The notes under the pieces were generated by a model. That model ran no database searches. It saw only the letters and a program-made list of their open reading frames with translations, and was not told where the DNA came from. A stretch of 64,000 bases of DNA from contig CM074812.1 of the NCBI GenBank assembly GCA_037447605.1, positions 1,798,001 to 1,862,000 on the forward strand. The letters are read 5' to 3'. This DNA comes from Zygnema circumcarinatum SAG 698-1b. Lineage: Eukaryota; Plantae; Zygnematophyceae. The position numbers were made by a program, and so were the translations under genes. Shown in pieces: positions 36,701 to 49,207 of the stretch (position 1 is the stretch's first letter; each line of letters opens with the position of its first letter).

Positions 36701-39700
36701 CACTTTCTGTGGGCACTGCACTTGACTCACCCGCAGGGCAAACGAGGCGTGGCAGCAGCAGTAGTCGAATTCAATACCCTGTCCAATGCGATTTGGACCT
36801 CCTCCCAAGATGAGCACTTTCTTCTCCCCGTCGGGTTGTGCCTCGTTTTCGTGCTCGTAGGTGGAGTACTGATACGGAGTGTAAGCTTCAAACTCGGCAG
36901 CACACGTGTCCACACGTTTGAAGGCGGGGACCACTCCCAGGCTCTGTTGGGGGCACAGCGGACCCATTTACTCAAAGGAATCATCAGAAGAATGGTCTCA
37001 GTTTGACAAGACTATAGAACACTTACAACATCTAACAGTGTTGTTGAAAAGCAAAGATTATTTGATTTAAAGCGGTTCTAGGAGCGCAAGCGTGACATAA
37101 TGCAGCGAATGTTCAGCTCAAACTGTGTAAAAAAGGAGCGGTTTTACGTATGCTTCGATATCACCAGCATATGCCTTTTCAATGGTGGAGAAAGGGACGC
37201 CGACGATCTGTGCTTACAAACATGACGATCTAATCGTCGCAGTACAGCACAATTCTGGTAATTGTAAAAGGAACTAGGCCTTCTTACCTTGCGGTATGCT
37301 CGAACAGATAGTTCGTCAGTCTTGGTCACAAATGCTATCTGCCGGTCGCTAAAGCCACGCCTCTTTATCTGCCCCGTCAAACACACCACCCTCAAGGTCA
37401 AACAAGCGCAACCTTTATGTTCTGCTCAAAAAAGCGAGTTTGCCTGACAATGTTGCTATGTTGCTATGACATACGTACTATGCATGGCAAATAATCTCTC
37501 GAAACGAACACCCTGAAAACGGACAAAACACGGGTTCAAGTTTCAGATGGTACACACCTGGTAAAGATCTTCCTTGGTAAGCTCTTCCAGCTTTCCTGCA
37601 AAATTCGTCATGAAGTCCTCTGTGTCAAGGAGGTCTCCAAACTGAGAAAGGAACCAAGGATCGATGTTTGTCAGGTCGAAAACCTCCTTCTGACTCATTC
37701 CTCTCTTCATTGCAGCGTATATCGCATACATTCGATCCGGATTCGGAGTGCGCATGTTGTACTTGAGTTTATCCAGGCTCCAATCTAACTGCTTAGCCTG
37801 CACACGCAAAGAAGCACTTAAATGAAGAGTTCAGAAACGAGCTCCTCCTTGAACTTTCAGCGACAGTGTGCGAAACGTGATTTTTCTCTGTCTATCTTCC
37901 TATACAGCCCACAACTAATCGCTTGTTTCCAAATATTAGAAAGCCTGAGTGCATCATGTCCTCAACAAGCCTGAAAGCCGTAAAAACGTGCACCCTTTCC
38001 AATTATGCCCCTCAACCACATGCTACCACCAGCATGCATACTACATGCATACACATACTACATACATACTACATATATATACTATATATATACTACATGT
38101 ATACTACATGCTGCTATTGTCAAGATATACCGACAAGGTCTAACAAAAATAAAAAGGCTACTTTTTGCCATTAACTTTGTGACCTATAGGATCTTAGAAA
38201 GCTTGGAACGCAGCAGCAGCTTTGAAGTTGAGAGCACACTTGCTCACAGCCCCATCCCGCATGGCCCGTCTCCAATGAGCGAAGGGCTTTCTGGAAGGAC
38301 TCCTGAAAGGTGCGGCCAATGGCCATGGCTTCGCCCACTGACTTCATCTGCGTGGTCAGAGTGGGCTCCGAGCCGGGGAACTTTTCAAATGCGAATCTGG
38401 GAATCTGCAAAGCAAGCCATTCACTCAAAAGCTTCCTCAGAACATGGGCACATCTCACATTCAAAATTCGGCTAAGCCCTGTTCTTTCAGAAGTCCAAAA
38501 AAAAGAAAAAAAAGCAAAAGCAGAGGAGGGACTGATTGCCACCTTTGTGACTACGTAATCGATGGAAGGCTCAAAACTAGCGGGTGTCTTCTTGGTGATG
38601 TCGTTCGGTATCATGTCAAGGGTATAGCCCACAGAAAGCTTGGCTGCCATCTTCGCTATGGGGAATCCGGTAGCTTTGGAAGCGAGAGCGGAAGAACGCG
38701 ACACGCGAGGGTTCATCTCAATCACCATCACCTCCCCATCCTTTGGGTTGACTGCAAACTGGACATTGGAGCCGCCACACTCCACTCCAATCTCTCGAAT
38801 AATCGCCACCGAGTAGTCACGCAACCTCTGCGGATCATGAACAGACGAAGTTCCGAAAGAGTCAAGAAAATTTGGAGAATTCCAGGTCTCTCGAGTGTTT
38901 CCACTGCAGGAGCCTTTTCCATGTTGAAGTGAACGCGGCAGACAGTATTCAGACTAGCAACGGCCCATGCAACATAATCCCATTACGCTCCTTCCCCCCC
39001 TTTTTGCTTATGTTCAAGGTCAAAAGAGTCTGCATTTGACATGTTTTGCAAGCCTCAAGCTCGATGAAGCGGGAAACTGACTGAAGGATGTTCCGTTTTA
39101 GTTCGAGAGCAGCATTTTCATAATATGTTGCAGGTGTAAACAAGCTTTATCGGTCAAACAATTAATAAACCAAGAAGGGCCTCGTTGCCAGAATTGCCTC
39201 GTTGTTCGCCAGTGTAAGTGCACACATATCTGCACTTCATAGAAGCAAGAGGCCCCTTTCAGTGGACTGCCTAGAAGCTTATTCCGGATGCTTACCTGAT
39301 ACTCTTTGTCAGTGAGAGTCTGCGCCGGAGCCACAGTGATGGAGTCGCCCGTGTGAACGCCCATGGGGTCGATGTTCTCAATGGAACAGATGATGACCAC
39401 ATTGTCAGCCAGGTCGCGCATAACCTCCAGCTCATACTCCTTCCATCCAAGAAGAGATTTGTCCACAAGTACCTGTGATCATGGGGTTGCATTAAGTCAA
39501 AACGTATGATCCTAAAACCTACACTATCTTTCATTCCTGAGGGGGGGTTGAATCTTTCTTTGATACGACAAGTACTGCAGTTGATTTTTGCAAGTACCGA
39601 TAGAAGAATGCATGCAGAGGTACCTGACTTGTCGCGCTAGCAGCCAGGCCCGACTTGCAGAACTGCTCAAACTCGTCTCTGTTGTACGCAATGCCGCCTC

Positions 39701-41549
39701 CAGAACCCCCCAGCGTAAATGCAGGGCGAATAATTAAAGGATACGTTCCTATCATTTCCTCGATTTGGAAGCATTCCTGAATCACAAATAGGGACAAAGG
39801 CAACATGAAAAGCCCTTCAGTACTTAGAACGTCAAACAATGGAAGTTGAAATGAAGTTATGACAATATGAACATTTTCTAGTTTTATTGTAAAACAGACG
39901 CAACCCAAATAGTTTCAACGTTCACATCGCTTCTAGAATTCAACGGACAAACATGAGATCAACTGTCAATACCCCGTAACTCTTTGTCAAGTTGGTAGCA
40001 TCAAATTTCCACATTGCAAAAAAAGACAAAATTTTATTTCTTGAAAAGGAAAGGGAGGGAAGGGAAAGGGGGAGGGGGGCGGGAAGTGGGGGGGGTTGTT
40101 ATTTTAGAAAGCTGCTATCTGCTCGACTAATCAGGAAGCTTTAAAACCGGCGAGCTTATTTCGTAGCCGTTCCTTCTTCTTTCAAGCTTACCTCCAAAGT
40201 AGTGGCTGTGCCCGAAGGAGGGCTCTTAATTCCCAGCTTTTCCATGGCCTGCTTGAAGAGTGCACGGTCCTCCGCCTTGTTGATAGCATCCAGCTTCGCA
40301 CCAATAAGCTCAACTCCATACTTGTCAAACGTGCCCCTCTCTGCCAGGGCCACTGCAAGATTCAAGGCTGTCTGCCCCCCCATGGTCGGCAGCACAGCGT
40401 CGGGCCTTTCCTTAGCGATCACCTGCTCTACGAGCTCCGGGGTCATGGGGGCCACGTAGGTGCGGTCGGCAGTTCCCGGGTCTGTCATGATTGTTGCAGG
40501 GTTCGAATTAATAAGAACCACCACATACCCTTCCTCCTTAAGAGCTTTGCAAGCCTGCGATACGCAGCAGCCAGAACGAAGCAGTTTTTGAAAACGATCA
40601 GATTTAACAAAACATTTTGATTAGTTGCCTTCAGAATGAGTGTAGCCATCGTATGCAAAAGACGAAGCTTTATTGGCGCCATTTCGTGCATATTTACGAC
40701 TATTACAACTTTTGCAAAACTATTAGCAATAATTGAACTAGGTTGTAAAAGCCATGTTGGGCGGGATTCTCTCAAAGCCGTCATCAAATGACTAAAATGC
40801 ATCCAGCAACTTGACAAACAAAAACCGCATGTGGACTGTCAGAAGACTAAAAATCCCCTAGAAAAAGTCCAATAACATTTTAAACAGCGGTCGTTAATGG
40901 GAACGAACTCAATAGGTTTGCATTGACATTTTTGGAACATCTTTTTATCAACTGAACCCCTCAGACTATCATCTTTCGTGCAAGAAGAGCTTAACAAACG
41001 GAGTTTGACAATGAGCCTGTTCAGCTCATAACATTTTGGGCAGTCCACCCAGCGGTAGCGCCTCTCAGAGGCGATGCATGAAGGAGGAGGAGGAGGCAGG
41101 CGATGCATTGGGAGCACGCAGCAAACCTGAGTACCGGAGTAGTCAAACTCGCAGGCTTGCCCGATAACAATGGGACCGGCGCCAAATATCATGATTTTCT
41201 TCAAGTCTGTGCGCTTTCCTACGCCGGACAGACTCACACCTTCCCAGGCCCTGAACTCCATTGGCTCCGAAGCGACTGCAGGCGCTTCTGCTTCCATGAT
41301 ACACGTCGTCCCAGGCATGGCAGCTGCCCTCTGCTGCTTGCGGCTCCTTTTAGATTTCAAGCCCGCGACTGTCAGCTTCTCAGTGCTGCAACCTAAAAAG
41401 GCCTCATTTCCAGCAACAGTGTTCCGTCGCTGTGAACATTTAACATTTCCCAAGAAAGACACGCAGCTAATCTGCGCGTGATGCGGTAAACTGTCCGTGC
41501 ATGGTAGCCCCGCCTGCAGCACGTTCGAGATAGCCGGGGACGCCGCCAT
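33717..41549 (-). CDS. carB: Plastid carbamoyl-phosphate synthase large subunit, ~16 exons
   Basis: Transit peptide, then [106 protein letters not shown] and a C-terminal MGS domain. Confidence 0.97.
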
Positions 41550-42188
41550 GGCTGCGAATCCTCCCCCTGCAGCCTCCTCCCTTAGGAGACCTTCAAACTC
41601 TTACAAGACCTGACACAGCGCCCACTGTTCCCCGCTGCTGTGCAAAGGAGTCCAAGAGGGAGCCTTTCTCCTAATGACTGGCAGGATCAAAACGAGCAGA
41701 GCTCAGGAGAAAGAGGTAGAGGGAGAGGGAGAGAAGCCAAGCTGTTGCAAGTTTGAGTTTGCAGTTTGTAGCGCGGCGCAGCGCCGCGATTTGGAATCCC
41801 ACAGGCCCCTTCGCTCCTGCCACGTGGCACTCAGTCGCCACGTCAGCGGAATCTCAGAGCCGCCGCCGCCACCAAACCTCCGCCGAGCCTGAGTCGACGC
41901 CGTACCTGACCCAAACCTACGGGATGATTGTTGGAGAGGCTCGGGGTTGCCTCGGTCCCAAGGTTCGGAACCTTCCGGTTTGATCGCAAAGCGGCGGCTG
42001 CGGCGGCCGAGGGCCTTGTTTTGTGCGCGCGATTGGGACCGTCCGATGGGAACGGCGAGCCATATTAGCCGTCCGATGGAAAGATCTGGCGGCGGGCCCC
42101 CCCGGACCAGCGCTTAAAGCACATGCACAGACGGAGGGGCCGTCCGACGTGGCGCCTCGCGGCCGCCGGAGGCGCCGCCGAAAAGGGC

Positions 42189-42374
42189 GGCCGTTCACAC
42201 GCGAACGCGCTCGCTTGGTGGTCGCTCACACCATAACGCGCTCGCTTGGTGGCCGCTCACACATGAACGCCCTGGCTTGGTGACCATTCACACATGATCG
42301 CGCTCGCTGGGTGACCGTTCACACCTGAACGCGCTCGCTTGAAGGCCGCTCACACCAGAATGCGCTCGCTTGGC
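42189..42374. repeat. 31-bp minisatellite, 6 copies
   Basis: Consensus GGCCGYTCACACNNGAACGCGCTCGCTTGGT repeated head-to-tail with no spacers. Confidence 0.9.
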
Positions 42375-42474
42375 GGCGGGCCGTGATTGGGCGAGAGCAC
42401 CGTGCAGGATACGGCCCAAGTTTCATGGAGAGATGATGGATGCACTTCCAACTGTTTGTCGGTTCCAAACATTG

Positions 42475-42671
42475 CACAGGACGGACCATTGAAAGGGCAA
42501 CCATTGGACAACCATTGAATGGCAATGGTTGGACGACTAAATGGTTCGCAACAATTGGAACGTTATGCAACCATTGCCATCCAATGGTCGCGATCATTGG
42601 CAATGGTTGGTTGGATCGCGAATGAGTGGTTCGCAACCATTCCAACGGTTGATCCAATGGCGCGATCTGTG
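42475..42671. mobile_element. Short degenerate derivative of the CACAG...CTGTG element at 49208-50490
   Basis: The 5' end (CACAGGACGGACCATTGAAAGGGCAACCATTGGACAACCATTGAATGGCAATGGTTGGACG) matches ~49208-49268. The 3' end (CCAATGGCGCGATCTGTG) matches ~50473-50490. No TSD is preserved. Confidence 0.7.
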
Positions 42672-43190
42672 CTCAACTTATACGTGCTAAGCCCTTCAAC
42701 CAATGCCACATCCTCATCCCTTTATTACGTAAGCCCCTTTTTAACATGAAAAGGATAAGAGCATGAGAAAACGCATGTTCGGATTTTCGCGAGGACAGGG
42801 CCAACACATGGAACCTTGGAACATGCCCGAACATAGAGACAGGCTACCAACAAGGGAAGCACATTCAGTTAAAGGAAACTGGAAGCGCAAAACACAGCCA
42901 ACAGAGAAAGGGACACATAGAAAGGAACGACTGGTAGTACTGTACTAATACACGAGTGGGGCTCCTAAACCACGCCAGGACCAACCAACCAACCAACGGT
43001 CGACGCGCAGCCCACAGTTTTCAGTACGGCAGGCTCCCAAAATCAACAGAACAAAGGCTCGCCGTACGGCACATAGAACCGACGTACGAACTCGCGATAC
43101 GGTATTGTACTGTACAGTACAGTACAGTAGACCCCCCTCATATTTTCCACCCTGTTACAGTGCGTCCCCAAGAAATTCGCCCCGATTTTG

Positions 43191-44029
43191 GGGTAACTCT
43201 ACTGCACCCCCGCGTTTTGTCTTTCGCACCCCCCTATTGAAAATTTTGCCTGCCCGTTTTGGTACCCCCCAGTTTTGAATATTTCGGGATTTTTTTTTTT
43301 CCCCGCCCCTCCCGTCCCCTCCGCTCCCCTTCCGTGCCCTCTCCTCCCTCCCTCCCTCCCTCCCTCCCTCCCTCCCTCCCTCCCTCCCTCCCTCCCCTCC
43401 CCTGCCCTCTCCTCCCCTCCCCTCCCCTCCCCTGCCCTCTCCTCCCCGGCCCTCCCCTCCCCTCCCTTGCCCTGTCCTCCCCTGCCCTCTCCTCCCCGGC
43501 CCTCCCCTCCCGTCCCCTCCCCTCCCCTCCCCTCCCCTGCCCTGCCCTCCCTTGCCCTCCCCTCCTCGTCTCTCCTCTTCTCGGTTTGCAATTTCTTGTG
43601 GTTCCCATGTTGACTTTGTCCATGTTTATTTGATGGCCTCACCATCTTGAGACCAATGCAAATCCCCTTTTCTTTTGTCGCACATTGTTGGAAGTCAATA
43701 GTGAAATGGAGAAAACGAGGGGGGTGGAATGTCCAGAAAAAGAGGGGGGGGGAGGGGAGCGGGCGGGGAGGGGAGGGGGGGGGAGGGAAGGGGAGGGGAG
43801 CGGGCGGGAGGGGAGGACATGGCAGGGGAGGGGAGGGGAGGGGAGGGGAGGGGAGGGGAGGAGGGGGGGGAGGAGAGGGCAGGGGAGGAGGGGGAGCGGA
43901 GGGGACGGGAGGGGCGGGAAAAAAAAAAATTCCCGAAATATTCAAAACTGGGGGGTACCAAAACGGGCAGGCAAAATTTTCAAAAGGGGGGTGCGAAAGA
44001 CAAAACGCGGGGGTGCAGTAGAGTTACCC
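43191..44029. mobile_element. Foldback/Mutator-like non-autonomous element with ~140-bp TIRs and complementary C-rich/G-rich arms
   Basis: GGGTAACTCTACTGCACCCCCGCGTTTTGTC... versus ...GACAAAACGCGGGGGTGCAGTAGAGTTACCC. The TSD CGATTTTG lies at 43183-43190 and 44030-44037; its exact length is ambiguous because of the terminal C run. Confidence 0.88.
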
Positions 44030-44373
44030 CGATTTTGCCGAAACCACTTTTTTGTACGGTACGTCTGTGTTAGCCGTACTATTCGTACTATTCGTACTAT
44101 TCGTACTAGCTGTACTAGCCGTTACGGGCTTCAGCAAAACTCACCGAATCTCCCCGCAAGTGCCGCCGTAAGAGGCGCTCGCTCTTCTCCCCTTCTTCTT
44201 GGCTTCGATACGATACGACACGGCCCGATCGGGTACGGTACGATGCGGTACGGTACGTACGGACGTACATGAACTCTAACATAATACTGCCCGCCTATTG
44301 GTAACACGAACCTTATATTTGCAAATTCCAAGATTTTCGCCTCATATTTGCCGAAACCATGGCGAAAATATTA

Positions 44374-44571
44374 GGGGGAGTCAGACCTTGACCATCGCCA
44401 AACCAATTTCGTAAGCCTGTCGGGCGAATTAAGATTGGCTAAGTACGCATTTCGGTACGGCTGTGTAAGGCGGAGCCAGGGATCCCGACCCGGAATTCGT
44501 ACACGAAACTTTGACTTTTAGTATAAGGAATTCGGGAATTTCGTAAGCGATGGTCAAGGTCTGACTCCCCC
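44374..44571. mobile_element. 198-bp MITE with perfect 25-bp TIRs and TA flanks
   Basis: GGGGGAGTCAGACCTTGACCATCGC (44374-44398) and GCGATGGTCAAGGTCTGACTCCCCC (44547-44571), with TA on both sides. Confidence 0.85.
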
Positions 44572-44798
44572 TAAAAGGGGGCTCTACTGTATTGTATGAC
44601 ACTGTACGACACTGTACGGTATCACCCGATACGATACTCTGACTGGCATATCGTACGATTTATTGATATTAAACGATATTTCGACTATACTCCGAGATGA
44701 ACCGATACAGTACGATACCGGTACTGTATGGCGGCAGCGGGGCGCGAGGGAGAGAGCGCGGGAAGGGGCCTGCGAGGGAGGGAGGGAGGGCAGGGGCC

Positions 44799-46858
44799 AT
44801 GGAGTGGAGCGCAGTGAGCGTGGAGGAGGTGGCGGACGCGCTGCGCGAGGCGGAGTGGTCCGCACCGCCGCGGCCGCTGCCCGAGTTTTTCCTCCGCTTC
44901 TCGCTGCCCAAGAGCCCTTCCAAGTGGGCCGGCCGCGTCAAGTGCAACGTCTATTAGTGCGCCCCGCTCTCTCCCTCTCCTATCAACCCTAACCACTACT
45001 GCCACTAGAAAACTCAACTCTTCAAAGACTGCATATCTCCAGAGCTAGGCCTCACGAAGGGCCGGCCAGATATAGGAGCCAGGCCGGGATGTGAGCGCCA
45101 CTCTGAGGCCCGATTGGAAATTATAGCAGTGCGTGACTTGTGACCTGGATTGGTGGTATTTTGATGCAGTTACCGCACCAATTATTTCGCCCTCCTGCTC
45201 CTCATCCTCTGTGAGTTCTATTTAATGTCAGGTTCTCAGTTTTCTGCATTCAATCAAGATCTTTGCCTGAGTGCTGCTAAACAGATCCAGAGGGAGCTAT
45301 CGTTCAGTTTTAAATTAGATGGAAGAGAATCGTATGCAGACAATGTGTTGTGACGAGCAGGTGTCGCTTGGGGTTTTGGTCGTTCGTAAGCATTCTAAAC
45401 CTAAAACTTGCGGCAGCCTTACTCCTGTGAAGGGGCTTATTTATTACTCCTCCTGGCCCCCTTGTTGGATGGATTGCAGTAATTGCCTTTTTGCGGAATC
45501 CAGTAGCACTTTTGGCCGTTATTCTGGGGGGACTAAGCATAGCTTGCCTAAATGACAGGTGTGTTCTCTCACTCTCAGGCCCTTGCACTCGATGCTCACT
45601 TTGCCTCTAAAGCGTGGTGCACTAAAAGGCGACTTTGGAAAGCACAACCAGAACATGACTTTTTTGCATCCAACATCCTCATTCAGCAACGCGGGGACTT
45701 AGATGCACGGTTTTGGCAATGTGGTCGACTATCTTTTTAAACGCACGATTTGATGTTTTTTGTCTTGAAAACCATTCAAAACCGTCGGCCGCAGCCATCC
45801 TTCGCTGCCGCATCCCATCATCATTGCACTTTGCATCATTGGGTTATGAAACAAAACAAACCAATCTGTATATGTTACTCACTAAATCAGGGACGACTTG
45901 CTTTGAGTCACCCAAGAGCATGGCCATGAGCTTGTTTACTAAACCTCGGATGTCTTTTTGCAGCTTTGCATTGGCGCTGAGCGAGCGCCTGACACGTGGT
46001 GTGCGGCGAATTTCACCGCCTTTAGCAGCCAAGATGCGCCCGCCTGCTTCGTGAGTTTTACGGCCAGTAAGCTGCTTCTGTTTTCTGTATGTCAGTTCTC
46101 CACTTTTTCCTATCATGAAAGAACCCTAAACCCCCTACAAATCCGGAAAATTCTGGTTGTCGGCAGGAGGAGTAGCACAAGGGGCCGCCCTTTGAAGTCT
46201 CCGGTGCATATTGGAGGACAGGACCGGCGGGTGGTGGCAGGAGCACTCTTCACAGGTGCCCTTAGAGGATGGAAATGGTCTCCCCTGTGCTGTTAGCGAG
46301 GGGGGGGAGGGGGCTGCAGTGAAGAGATGTCAAATTTTCATTGAGTAAAATCTGCCTTTGTGTTAACCGTCACACGCAGGTGCTGGCCTCCTATGTTATC
46401 TCTCCTCGGCCTTGCTGACAGCTGCCGGGGCTCTGCTGGTCGCCATGCTCAGTGAGTGCTGTGGAGGCTGGGGGAGGTTCAAAATTTCTCAGAGAACGAT
46501 TTCTTATGGCTCTTTTGTAGAGCTGAATCGGAAAGCTCTTTCCAGTTTCTAGTTCTTCTCTGCATGTTAATAACCCTCAGACTCTGTACATCATGCGGCC
46601 TTCTGAATCTCAAAGCCATCGTCTGACACTTTCAACTTCCTTAACTCATAGACATTCCTCATTAGAACCCTAACACGATTGACCAGATCTTACTCCTTTG
46701 CGGTTGTTTTTGCACTCCTGACAAGCCGTCTGCTTGTTGTGAGGTGTCCAGCCCTTGGTCTTCATGCAACTTTCCGGTCTCCGAACTTGAAAGCGAGGCT
46801 AAACACTTTCCGCGAGGAGTTCCGCGCAGTGTGGCGCGGCTACAGCGACGCACCCTGA
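44799..46858 (+). CDS. PRA1: Prenylated Rab acceptor PRA1 family protein, clade A-like, ~7 exons
   Basis: MEWSAVSVEEVADALREAEWSAPPRPLPEFF...RVKCNVYYYRTNYF, SPPLAAKMRPP, LHATFRSPNLKARLNTFREEFRAVWRGYSDAP*. Confidence 0.93.
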
Positions 46859-47803
46859 TGGGTTTCGATTTCCCGCACACCTCTTGTACAGCTCCTGCCA
46901 GCGCGCCCCATTTTCACATGTGGCGGATAACCTATTTTGCCTAGTATGAAGTTGTAAGCCCTGCTTGCGCCTGCGGCCAAGTAACCATCGATGCAGAGAG
47001 TCATGTAGAGCGCGTGCCATCAAGAATAATTGCGAGGCAAAAAAGCAGTCGATTTTCCTTTGTATTTTGGCCACATTCTCAAACTGTGTTAGAATTTATA
47101 AAGTCAGGATGTGATTGGTCTCTCTCTTTCTGTAGCTCTCTTGTCTGCGTGTGCACAGGAGTGTCGTTTCATTTTCAGTCGCCTTTCAGTGCCACGCAAG
47201 GAGAGCTCTGCCTGATGCTGAAGATGTCACCTTTGACGAAACCTCAGCTCAACTCATATGGGGTCGCTTTGTCATTCAGTCAGTCGCTGGTCGAGTGGCT
47301 GCGGGTTTTCCTTGGAAAGCATTTTTGTCAAAAACTTTCGGATTACAAGGCTCCTGACGTGATCAGTTCACCTCTCTCTCGTTCGACTTCGTGCCCACGT
47401 CTTTATCATGTCCAATCTCCTTCAAGCTAAGGAATGGTTTTTTGCATATTGTCTATTTCACTGTCAAACGACTTCACCTCATCACCGAAAAGGAAGCCCT
47501 CCGGCCACCCGTCCTATCTGCTGTTGGATTGAGGTGATGAGGCTAAGGAAGATGACGAGGTAGCTGGAGAGGCCCCATTGCCTGCTGGGAACCTCGGAGC
47601 GTTGTTGTTGCTGTTGCTCGTGACTGGAATGGGGGGTGACTTCAAATGGTTATGTGGACCACTTCTGTGACAGAATAGAAGACGACTGGTAGGAAACGCC
47701 TAAGTGACACCTTGAAAAGAAACTTCATGCCAGAAATCTGGCCTTTCCTAAGATTCCGACGACTAATATTGACCGACGTCCCCTCCTTCTCAGGAATGCT
47801 TTC

Positions 47804-48858
47804 TCAAACAAAGCCTCTCCCCACGCAGTTCAAGCATCGCTGTACCCTGTGGACATGCACGCAGAGTCAAGCTCCCATCCACCAGGAAACGTATTCAGTT
47901 TTAAAGGACTGTCAAGGCTGTCGTTGCATTGGTGGATTTTTGCAACGTTACTGACTCGTTACTGACTTTTCTTTGCATCTCCTTGTAATCTCCCAGCGAG
48001 CTGATCTATTGAAAGGAATGGGATTCGCGCAAAGGTATTTCAGCAACCGCCCAGCGACCTGTGCTGCACCTATGAACCCCAGTCCAAAGACAAAATGAAC
48101 CATTAACAATAATGACGAGGTAGGGGAGTTGGAGGGGGCCCAAGGTAAGTGCTCCATACTTGTTTCCTTCACATGTGGGGCATTGGCAGGGCCAAGGGTA
48201 GGCAGGATCTGCTAAGTTAGACCACATTAGCGCACCCTCTCCTCGACACAGCTTGCAGGGAAGGAAACGATGACCTTTACAAACAGTGCATGGAGGTGCC
48301 GTCTTCTTCTGGACAGCGTAACGAAATCCGTATGAGAGAATATTCATAGAAAAGTCGTTTTCCAACCACGCGTAGCAATGACGTGAAATTTAGGTTCTAT
48401 CCAAGTCAATGACGGTGGCAACGCACATCAGCTACAGAGAACATACTTTGCATCACTGCAAAATTAGGGTTAAAGTGAGAGTGTCTAAAGTTTTCTACCC
48501 AAATTGCATGAAGAAGCGGTTGTGTTGATGACCTACTGGCTTTTAATCCTGCAACCAAATAACGATTGCCGAAACCCTTGGGAGATAGTATGAAGTGAAT
48601 TGGTTCTTCGCCTACATAGATTACGGTTAACTCCGTCGAAGTCTTAATCTTGGAGAGAAGAAACATGTTCAAGAAAACGATTTCCTATAATGGACAACTT
48701 GTTTCTTTGAGCAGAAGCAAGTATAGGAGAGCAGACCTTACCCGAATCGCCAACATTCTTGCAGACACTATCTGCAAAGCTCCTGCTGCAGCCATGCCGA
48801 GTCCCACCACTCCCACAGCCGTAACACCGACCACCTTCACCACAGTAGGAAGAGACAT
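47804..48858 (-). CDS. DnaJ-type cysteine-rich zinc-finger protein with an N-terminal TM helix and no J domain, 3 exons
   Basis: MSLPTVVKVVGVTAVGVVGLGMAAAGALQIV...|KKTAPPCTVCKGHRFLPCKLCRGEG...CPTCEGN|RVQRCLNCVGRGFV*. It has four CxxCxGx(G) motifs. Confidence 0.85.
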
Positions 48859-49207
48859 TGAACCCTCCCACTTTCTACAGTTCTCTTGAATGCTCAATCA
48901 TCGCCTTTTTCTGCATCATTTTCCTTGAGACGAGCACTTAGCTGCAGCATCGCCGCCTCAGGAAGCTGCAAGGCCTCACCTGAGGGCCCCTCCTCTCAGA
49001 GCCACAGCTGAGGGGCGCCCTTACAGCAGAAACCTGCTGACGCTTTGCTTACGTCATTACAAATCCAGAGACGGTTTGCGGGTGGAAACTTGGCGGCTCG
49101 GTTGGCGGTTTGCGCCTACGACGGTTTTTGGAATTTGGGGTCCAAATGGGTACACATGTCAGAACTGGAACTGGAACTGACAAAGTGGGACCGTTGGATC
49201 AACCATT

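Noticed and set aside
41550-41760. Arginine-attenuator-type uORF upstream of carbamoyl-phosphate synthase
   Set aside because: No ATG on the minus strand in this interval.
42189-42374. CRISPR-like 31-bp repeats
   Set aside because: Head-to-tail units with no unique spacers.
43199-44272. Long Pro/Gly/Arg-rich ORFs on both strands
   Set aside because: They arise from stop-free C-rich and G-rich tracts within the foldback element.
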